DNA of 64,000 bases, taken from NCBI GenBank assembly GCA_963796965.1, contig CAWCNS010000011.1, forward strand, positions 448,001 through 512,000, given 5' to 3'. Under the pieces are notes generated by a model. The model ran no database searches. It was not told the origin of the DNA and saw nothing but the letters and a program-made list of their open reading frames with translations. This DNA comes from Calditrichia bacterium. Its GTDB lineage: Bacteria > Calditrichota > Calditrichia > JAJRVZ01. A program made the translations under genes and the position numbers. Numbering within the stretch: position 1 is the stretch's first letter; every line of letters starts with the position of its first letter. Below are positions 55,917 to 64,000 of the stretch, piece after piece.

Positions 55917-56768
55917 CTAATTACTAATTGGATTCTTCCGAACCCTTTCTATGATATTTTCAAAATCCTCTGCCAGTTGCGTCATCCGTGGACCGGGGAT
56001 CATGGTATGATTACCCCCTACTACATATACCTGTCTATTTTTTATCACCTGATTATTTTTGAGCAATTGCCATTCTGCTCCTAATTCGACCCGTTGGATG
56101 CTGCGTTCTTTCTGCATATCAAATTCTATTATAACTGCCGGGTTTCTGATCAGTAAAGATTCAAGATTAATGGCGCCATAGCGTGTTGGTAAATCCTCAT
56201 AAATATTCTTACCACCAACCATCTCCCAAATTTCATTCATATATGTATCTTTACCGGCGACCATCATATTCTGCAAGCTGCCCTTAGTTCTACCGATGAG
56301 TAACGCCGCCGGCACCTTTTCTTGATTGTCATCTTGAACCTTTAAAGCGGAAAAAGATTTGTTAATATTTTCGATTAGAAGTCGCGCAGATTCCTGCCGG
56401 TTAATCTCACTACCAATTATTTTAATAGATTCCAAAACATCGCTAATTTTTTCATTAGACATCATTGTAATTTTATATCCGAGAGATTCAAGCTGCTGAT
56501 TTAGTTTTTCATGAGAGGGCATTCCAAAGAGATGCGTTGGTTTAAGTCTAACCATCTTTTCAATATTAGGATTGAGTAATCCACCTATTTTTTCCTTCTT
56601 TTGTGCCTCCGGCGGATAATTACAAAAATCAGTAACCGCAATCAATTGATTCTGGGCGCCAAGCGCATAGACAATTTCTGTTATATGCGGTGCCAGTGAG
56701 ATAATCCTAAGATTCTTGAATTCATCAATTTCAGATTTATTCTGGCAACTAGAAATAATCACAATCAA
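55917..56768 (-). CDS. BtuF-like helical-backbone metal/cobalamin binding lipoprotein (start uncertain)
   Basis: RIISLAPHITEIVYALG, CNYP, PNIEK, PGPR; lipobox ISSC. Confidence 0.85.
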   Translation of the reverse strand: MIVIISSCQNKSEIDEFKNLRIISLAPHITEIVYALGAQNQLIAVTDFCNYPPEAQKKEKIGGLLNPNIEKMVRLKPTHLFGMPSHEKLNQQLESLGYKITMMSNEKISDVLESIKIIGSEINRQESARLLIENINKSFSALKVQDDNQEKVPAALLIGRTKGSLQNMMVAGKDTYMNEIWEMVGGKNIYEDLPTRYGAINLESLLIRNPAVIIEFDMQKERSIQRVELGAEWQLLKNNQVIKNRQVYVVGGNHTMIPGPRMTQLAEDFENIIERVRKNPISN

Positions 56769-56837
56769 GAAGCATACTGCTATTAAAATGTATATACTAT
56801 TTCTTATGATAATTTTGGTATTTATGATAAAATGTCC

Positions 56838-56976
56838 TTTCTCGCAAAGACACCCAACCGCAGCATTTAATAATAAAAGATAAATAATGATGCTTTGCTT
56901 TATGGGTGGACGAGACTATTTTTGTATTTTGTATTTTTTCTTATTTTTCTCTGCGTCTTTGCGGCTCTGCGAGAGA
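56838..56976. repeat. Family A inverted-repeat cassette
   Basis: tttctcgcaaagacacccaaccgcagc ... ctctgcgtctttgcggctctgcgagaga. Confidence 0.75.
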
Positions 56977-57010
56977 TTTGTTCTCCCCAAATGCTAATAA
57001 TTCTAAAGAT

Positions 57011-57737
57011 TTATCTGCAAAAAACACAAAGATTCTCTGATTTCAGAGGTTCATAGGGATCAAGATGCAAATTGCCAAATCCCTGAAGATCACTAAAACC
57101 CACTTCCTCCAACAAACCATAAAGTTCATCATGTTGCAGTGGGTATAATTCCGTCGTTATTGTTTTATCCTGATCCGGTTTTTCGATTTTTACATTAAAT
57201 TTAATTGTACGTTCATTGTACTCGTATGTTCGGGTAAAAATTGTATCCCCAACCTGTTTTACTGACAGTTTTTCTCTTTTTTCAACAAGAAATTTTGTAT
57301 AATTAATGATCTGAATACAAAGATAGCCCTGATCATTCAGGGTGTTTTTAAAATTCAAAAGAGCCTGAACCAGTTCCTCTTTGCTGAGTAAATGTACAAA
57401 ACTATTACCCAGACAATAAATCAGCATCAAAACTTGCTGTCGGGATATTGTGCATATTCAGGAAATCTGATTTTATAAAAACCGGATCGATTTTATATTT
57501 TTTTGCATTGGAGGCCGCCAGATGGAGCATTTCATCAGAAATATCTATTCCTGTTACTTCTAATCCCAGTTTTGCAAACAAAACAGTATGAAATCCTGAA
57601 CCACAACCAGCATCCAAAATCCTTTTGGCCGGAAATTTTTTGAGAATAGCGTGAAATACTTTTTTCTCGGTATCTAACCGGTCCTCAAAGCTGATCATTT
57701 GATCATAATAGGGAGCGAGATCCTGGTAAAATTCCAT
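57011..57737 (-). CDS. Class I SAM-dependent methyltransferase, frameshift at ~57422
   Basis: ILDAGCGSG, GIDIS; FDAIYCLGNSFVHL restored by removing one G. Confidence 0.88.
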
Positions 57738-58850
57738 TTAATCTTCCACATCATATTCGGGGACCTGCCCGCGGTTATGATCATACACAGGACTATTAAT
57801 CTCCTGTATACGGCGCATATATTCCTGATCGCTGATACCGTTCTGCCAATGCCCGGTGATGCGCGCGATTAAAGTACCAAATAAAAAGAACAAAAGTACT
57901 GTCACACCAAAGGCCCATGTAGGGATTGCTCTGGATTTTTTTGATATTTTAAGATCCAAGGTATCTTCTTCCGGGCAGGATGCGATACAAAGGCCACAAG
58001 CCGTGCATTCATCTGAGATTACGCGTAAATGTGTGTGTACTTTTATTGAGTGCGGGCAGGCATCGGTGCAGGCTTCACAATCTGTACAAGTTTCCACCGT
58101 TCGGGTAACCTTAACGGGACTAAACATGCTCAGGAAACCTAATAATGCGCCATAAGGACAGAGATATCTACACCAGAAATTCTTTATGATGAGGGACGCT
58201 GCAATAAGAATCGTCAATGTCCATAACGCAAATGCGTCTATTTTTGTAAAAAAATAAAGCATTTTTATATCAGCGACCTTATTGTACGGACTATAAATGA
58301 ACTGCTTCAATGAGAATAAATCCATCTGCACCAGAACCGCCCATGCAAAAAACAAGAGCAGCAGATACTTGAGGCTACGAAGGGGATAGTCTAGCCAACG
58401 CCATACCCGGAGATTCTTTCTAAATATTTTCTGACCTAATTGCCAGAGGCTCTCAGAGATTAATCCGACCGGACAGATATAGGAGCAAAAACTTTTTTTG
58501 AGAAAAATTCCCAATATTAGGATAAGGAGTAAGATCACCAGCCCGGAAGGATGTACGTCATTGATAACACCTGTCATAATCCAGTATTTAAGACTGATCA
58601 GGGCACTGATGGGTAAAAATCCTTCCACCCCGGGTGGGCGGGTGAAGTGCGTACTCTCTCCTGCTGTCTCAAGATAGCGAACAAATCCATAAAACTCGAA
58701 GCCAATCCAAATGATCACGAAAAAAAATATCATCTGGATATAGAATCGTACTTTTTGTCCATCAGACTTCAATTGATCTATATATAAAAAAACCTTGCTG
58801 CTGCGAAGGTTTTGAATAAATTCATGCATATAACCTATCCCTCTCATCAT
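57738..58850 (-). CDS. 4Fe-4S binding membrane protein (NapH/YccM-like)
   Basis: FCSYICPVG, WCRYLCPYG, CTDCEACTDACP, CTACGLCIASCP. Confidence 0.9.
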   Translation of the reverse strand: MMRGIGYMHEFIQNLRSSKVFLYIDQLKSDGQKVRFYIQMIFFFVIIWIGFEFYGFVRYLETAGESTHFTRPPGVEGFLPISALISLKYWIMTGVINDVHPSGLVILLLILILGIFLKKSFCSYICPVGLISESLWQLGQKIFRKNLRVWRWLDYPLRSLKYLLLLFFAWAVLVQMDLFSLKQFIYSPYNKVADIKMLYFFTKIDAFALWTLTILIAASLIIKNFWCRYLCPYGALLGFLSMFSPVKVTRTVETCTDCEACTDACPHSIKVHTHLRVISDECTACGLCIASCPEEDTLDLKISKKSRAIPTWAFGVTVLLFFLFGTLIARITGHWQNGISDQEYMRRIQEINSPVYDHNRGQVPEYDVED

Positions 58851-58907
58851 TTTGTTCTGATCATCATTCAGTTAGTATGGATTAAATGATAGGTTTGTTA
58901 AACAGAA

Positions 58908-58992
58908 AGGACACTAAGTAGGCACAAAGTACACAAAGTTTAAATTTGAATAATCTTTGTGGGCTCAGAGTCTACTTTGTGAACTTTGTGTT
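58908..58992. repeat. Family C cassette (CACAAAG 9-bp arms)
   Basis: ggcacaaagtacacaaag ... ctttgtgaactttgtgttc. Confidence 0.6.
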
Positions 58993-59163
58993 CAATTTTC
59001 TTTCATTCCTCTCTAAAATGAATTGGTCAAGTTAAGTAAGATTACTTTTTCAGTCAATAAAATGCATTGATTCAAAAATTAAATACATGTTTCTATTTAC
59101 ACTGATTTTTTTTACCTTTTAGATTCATACTGCAGCAGTTTGCTGCAATCAAAAAAAAAGAAG

Positions 59164-59404
59164 TCCACGGATTACACGAATTAACATGAATTAACATGAA
59201 TTTATAAAAATCTATGAATCACTTAAAGAATCGCGTATTCTTTATGCCGCCCGCCTGAGGCGGGTCGGCATCTATAAATTCAATAAAAACAAGAGATCCT
59301 GAACTAAATTTAGGATGACGATTCCGGTCTTTCCCTAATTAGAGCAAACTCAAATATATTCTTTATAAATATTTTTATCCGTGCAAATCAGTGTAATCCG
59401 TGGA
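59164..59404. repeat. Family B cassette (CACGGAT/CACGAAT 9-bp arms) with nested hairpins
   Basis: 14-bp perfect terminal IR tccacggattacac/gtgtaatccgtgga. Confidence 0.75.
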
Positions 59405-59472
59405 TAAAAGTTTTTTTAAAGTTTGCTAAAAGAACAAAGTTTTCGACTACACTAGCATAAAACAATCCAGAT

Positions 59473-62400
59473 ATGTATTCATCTTTAAAAAATTACTTTA
59501 TTTTCTTATTCTTCCTGGTCCTTTATCTTCTGCCAGTACGAAGCTGGTCTGATATCAGAGATTCCAGCCTATCTCCACATTTGTTCCAAAAAACAACTGT
59601 TCCTCGTTTAATTCCTGATATTATGGATGCAAATGGCGTAGCTTTCAGGGATATCAATGGTGATAATCTTCCCGATATCTACGTTACCTGTTTTCGCGGT
59701 GAGAACAGATTGCTACTTAACCAGGGAGCCTTCCGACCCTTTAAAGATGTAACGCAGATGTCCGGATTGAGTGGTATCCTTCGTCCAGAGGGTGTTTATA
59801 ATTTTGAATCTCAAAGTACTATATTCGATATTAAGATTGGCGCAACAATTGTAGATCTGGACAATGACGATGATAGCGACGTACTTATCACCGGCAGGGG
59901 TATATCCACAGCATTATACCTAAATAACAATTTTTTGAATTTTCAAAATATTTCAGATCGGCTGGAGTCTCTACCCTCCCGTAGAAACAAATGCTGGGAT
60001 TAGCGCTGACATTGATAATGATAGATTTCCTGATTTGTTTATCACTGACACCATCCAGGGTTTTCGCTTACTGAAAAATGAGGGTGAGGGTTGGTTTACC
60101 GATATAACTTCAAGGCTCATTCCCTTCAAATCCGGGAAGATCTGAAGGGGCTGCGTTTAGTGATATAGACAGGGATGGTGATCAGGATCTATATATTTGT
60201 CGTCCGGGATTGCCTGATCTACTTTATCAAAATATAGGCTCTGCTCAATTTACCCCGATGTCTCTTCCATTATCTTCCTTGGTGGATACATTACACACGG
60301 TCTCCATCAGTATTGCTGATATTGACAATGATACAGATCCGGACCTGCTTATTATTAATTCTAATGGAAGAAATCGAGTTCTACCTGAATGAAACGGCCG
60401 AAGGTGATTCTGTATGGTCATTTAAAGATGTAAGCCTTCAGGTATTTGGGCAGTATTCGACACATTCCATTAGCAGTATAATAGCAGATCTGAATAATGA
60501 TCGTTATCAGGACATTTATATAAATAATACAGGAAATAACTGGATTTTCCTGAATAGCGGGGACAATTCATTTACTTTTTTTGAGGATACAGAAAATATC
60601 GATGCTGAACAACCTGAGGTTCAGAGTAAAGGTTTAGCTTATGCAGACTTTGATTTGGATGGTGACATCGATTTATTTATTTCAAACCGAAACTTTCCAT
60701 CCCAGCTATTCATGAATACCACCAACGACAATAACTATATAAAGATTAAACTGATTGGTATTCGCTCCAACCGAGATGCTATTGGTGCCCGCGTTGAACT
60801 TTACCAGGAAGAATCTGAGGAGGATGAGCAACTGTTAGTGGGCAGCAGGGAGATCTCCGTAGGTTCAGGGTATTTCTCGCAGAACGATATGGTGCTTCAA
60901 TTTGGTCTTGATACAATTAAAACTGTCCGAGCTCGAATCTTTTTTCCATCGGGAACTGTTATTGAAGAGACAAATCTGAGTGCTGGAATGACTTATACCA
61001 TATACGAAAATGGTATAATTTCACGTTTTTTTATCCAAGCTGGTCACCATATCTATTATTTGATACAGCAATCATCTTTTTGGTATCAGGTTCTTCTAGT
61101 CCTTCTGTTTTTTGCATTAACCGTTTTATTTGTACGGTTAGGTTCTCGTCGCTATAAATGGACCGCCGGTACAGCCAGTGCCTATCTCATTGGCTTTTTT
61201 CTTCTGGCTATCATTGCCCTCACGGCATTGAACAAATTAGGTCTGCTTTATGTTTTTTCAATTATTAATCTGCTGACCATTGTCTTTGTTTCCATATTTA
61301 TAGTTAATTCTGAACGTATTTATCGATTGAGATTTATTCGGGAAAGGTATCAGACAGTACTTATTGATTTAAGTAACCAAATCGTTAACATACATGTCGA
61401 CCAGGAACTCTATGATACTGTTATTGATAACATTATAAAAAACACTGAGTTTGATAAAGCACTTATTGCCCCCCTTAACCGCAATATCCACAAATTTAAT
61501 CAGCCGGTCGGTAAAGGGTTAGATGTATCTGCAGATGAGCTAAATAAAAGGATTGATCTCTCCGAATTTATTAGTGCTCTGGAATCCAATCATCTTATTC
61601 AAAAATATGAGACTAAAGAATTTCAGGAATATTTCAATTTGCTCTCCTCCGTCATTCTTATTTCAATTGAAAGAGACGGCAATCTATATGGTATTCTTTC
61701 TTTAGGAAGCAGTGAGACTTTCTCCCCTCTAACCAAGGAAGATATTGAGTTGTTTATGTCTTTGGGAAACCAAATGGCCATTGCAATAGAGAACAATGAA
61801 TATATTAAACGCTCAACTGAAATGGTCAAAAAATTAACCGAAGCTGAAGTTCGGGAAAAATATTTAAAAGAACTTGAAACCACCAATGCTATTTTGGATT
61901 CAAAGAATCGTGATCTGCAAAAATTGTATGATGAACTTAAAAACACCCAGGCTCAATTGATCCACTCAGAAAAGATGGCCTCCCTCGGTCAATTGGTTGC
62001 TGGCATCTCTCATGAATTAAATAATCCAATTGGCTTTATTTATGCCAATATTAAACAGCTTAAAACCTATACCGATAAGATAGAGAACTTTACTAAAAAA
62101 TTGAACAATCCTGATAAAAAATTATCAGATCTTGCAAAACATGATGATCCAATCACTTCTCTAATGCCGGATTTAAAAAATCTTATTGATGACACCATCC
62201 ATGGTAGTCAAATGGTTAAGAATTTGGTTGACAATCTTCGTAGATTTTCTCATCTTGATCAGGCACAATGGAAAAGGATCAACATCCATGAGGGTCTTGA
62301 GAGCAGCCTTATGATTCTTAATCCTGAGATCAAACATCGTATAAAAGTCGAAAAGGAATATACAGTAAATACAGAAATTGAATGTAATCCAGGCCAAATA

Positions 62401-62727
62401 AATCAGGTATTTTTAAATTTGCTCTCCAATGCTGCCCAGGCCATTAAAAGTGAAGGTACGATCCATATCAAATCTTGGGAGGATAAAGACAATCTGTTTG
62501 TCTCAATCAAGGACAACGGGAGTGGGATTCCTCCAGATGTTCTAAATAAAATTTTTGATCCTTTTTATACGACAAAAGACGTCGGAAAAGGTACCGGTCT
62601 GGGATTAAGTATATCCTATTCCATTATTAAAAATCATGGTGGAAAAATTGATGTAGATACTATCCCTGGAGAAGGCAGTACTTTCACAGTTGTGCTGCCA
62701 TTTAATCAAACAAAAATGACCAATTAA
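59473..62727 (+). CDS. Sensor histidine kinase: FG-GAP/VCBS repeats + ASPIC/UnbV + TMs + GAF + HisKA/HATPase, three +1 frameshifts
   Basis: DINGDNLPDIY, DLDNDDDSD, DFDLDGDID; SNRDAIGARV..FGL; SHELNNP, QVFLNLLSNA, GKGTGLGL. Confidence 0.85.
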
Positions 62728-62833
62728 AGTTAATAATTCTTTTCTGGCAGAGAAGTAATATTTGATCGGCTTTAATGCCAAAAGGTTCGTTTGGAGCAAC
62801 GCGATTAAAGAACTGTGTAAAAACAAAAATTTT

Positions 62834-62944
62834 ACCACAAATATTCACGGAATAATAGCAAAAAATCAAAATAATTATTATCATTATTATACATTAATTA
62901 ACAAAATAATTGTATTTCCGTGTAAGTCGGTATGATTCCGTGGT
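62834..62944. repeat. Family B cassette, degenerate
   Basis: accacaaatattcacggaat ... ttccgtgtaagtcggtatgattccgtggt. Confidence 0.55.
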
Positions 62945-63055
62945 TGATTTTTTATTCTCACACAACCTCTTAATCGCGTTATTAAATTTTAATGATATAA
63001 ATTAATTGTTTTTAAAAAACTTTTTTATTTTTAATAATTTCTCAGAGAATCAGTC

Positions 63056-64000
63056 ATGTCAAATGGTAAGCAAAACATCCTTTTAGTAGACGATCAGGTA
63101 GAAATTTTAAATTCCCTGGAACGATTATTAAAAGAAGAATACACTATCTTTAAAGCGGATAATGGCAAGGATGCCCTGAAGTTTTTAGACGAAACAGATT
63201 TTGCCGTTGTCCTGGCTGATCAGAGAATGCCTGAGATGACCGGTGTGGAATTTTTGACAAAATCATTGGCAATCCAACCAGACATCGTCAGAATCCTTGT
63301 CACAGCCTATGCAGACATCCAGGCATCAATTGATGCTGTCAACAAAGGGCAAATATTTTATTATATCTCCAAACCCTGGGAGCCCGACGATCTGAAATTA
63401 ATTGTGCAACGTGCCGTCGATCATTTTGAGTTAAAAAGAAAAAATGAACAACTTGCAAATGAACTCAAACAGGCAAATGAGCAATTAGAGCAGGAAAACA
63501 TTTATCTACGTCAGAACATACGAGAAGAATATAATTTCAGTACAATCATCGGCCATAGCCCACGAATGCTTGATGTTTTTAAACTAACCCAAAAAGTGAT
63601 CGATACACCAACAACCGTCTTGATTCTTGGGGAAACCGGAACGGGAAAAGAATTATTAGCCCGTGCGATACACTTTAATAGCAAGCGAAAGAATCATAAT
63701 TTTATTGCTCAAAATTGTGGCGCTCTACCTGATTCACTTTTGGAAAGCGAGCTTTTTGGTCATATACGGGGTGCTTTTACCGGTGCCGTATCCGACAGAA
63801 AAGGGATATTTGAATTGGCTGACAAAGGTAGTGTTTTTTTGGATGAGATCGCTGACACGTCTCCGGCCTTGCAACTAAGGCTTTTGCGCATTCTACAAGA
63901 GGGGGAGTTAAAACCTGTCGGTGGAACAAAAATGATTATCGTCGATGTTCGGGTTATTGCCGCCACTAATAAAAATATGGAAGAGGAAGTTAAAGCCGGG
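63056..64000 (+). CDS. Sigma-54-dependent response regulator, truncated by window edge
   Basis: Manual translation MSNGKQNILLVDD..ADQRMP..GETGTGKE..GAFTGA..FLDEI; not in ORF track. Confidence 0.92.
   Translation, partial: MSNGKQNILLVDDQVEILNSLERLLKEEYTIFKADNGKDALKFLDETDFAVVLADQRMPEMTGVEFLTKSLAIQPDIVRILVTAYADIQASIDAVNKGQIFYYISKPWEPDDLKLIVQRAVDHFELKRKNEQLANELKQANEQLEQENIYLRQNIREEYNFSTIIGHSPRMLDVFKLTQKVIDTPTTVLILGETGTGKELLARAIHFNSKRKNHNFIAQNCGALPDSLLESELFGHIRGAFTGAVSDRKGIFELADKGSVFLDEIADTSPALQLRLLRILQEGELKPVGGTKMIIVDVRVIAATNKNMEEEVKAG

Noticed and set aside
56769..57010. Cobalamin riboswitch upstream of the BtuF-like gene
   Set aside because: No recognisable B12-box or conserved core; region is occupied by a family A cassette

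Overview
AT-rich bacterial chromosome segment. Gene content (TolB-N/TPR Ser/Thr kinases, GAF-SpoIIE/STAS sets, GWxTD protein, TonB receptor with carboxypeptidase-like N-domain) suggests an FCB-group organism such as Calditrichota/KSB1 (inference). Many genes, including housekeeping ones (lipA, fabH), carry single-base indels that look like long-read consensus errors. The left 26 kb is a minus-strand signalling island. Its core is an apparently uncharacterised module: ECF sigma, membrane anti-sigma, a membrane-anchored protein with about 28 tandem 9-aa repeats (RNAMKNEAF-like), an HExxH-peptidase/propeller/beta-barrel outer-membrane protein and a PrsW protease. An identical bipartite motif, TCCAACT-N14-CTGTAC, precedes both the sigma core and the repeat gene. 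The rest is mostly housekeeping (lipA, fabH, mnmA, rsfS, argS, gltX, glgX, SNF2 helicase, metal/B12-type ABC transporter), plus two sigma-54 two-component sets, one with an FG-GAP/ASPIC-fused sensor kinase. Most intergenic gaps hold short 9-bp- or 7-bp-periodic inverted-repeat cassettes and REP-like hairpins. No rRNA, tRNA, CRISPR array or transposase was found.
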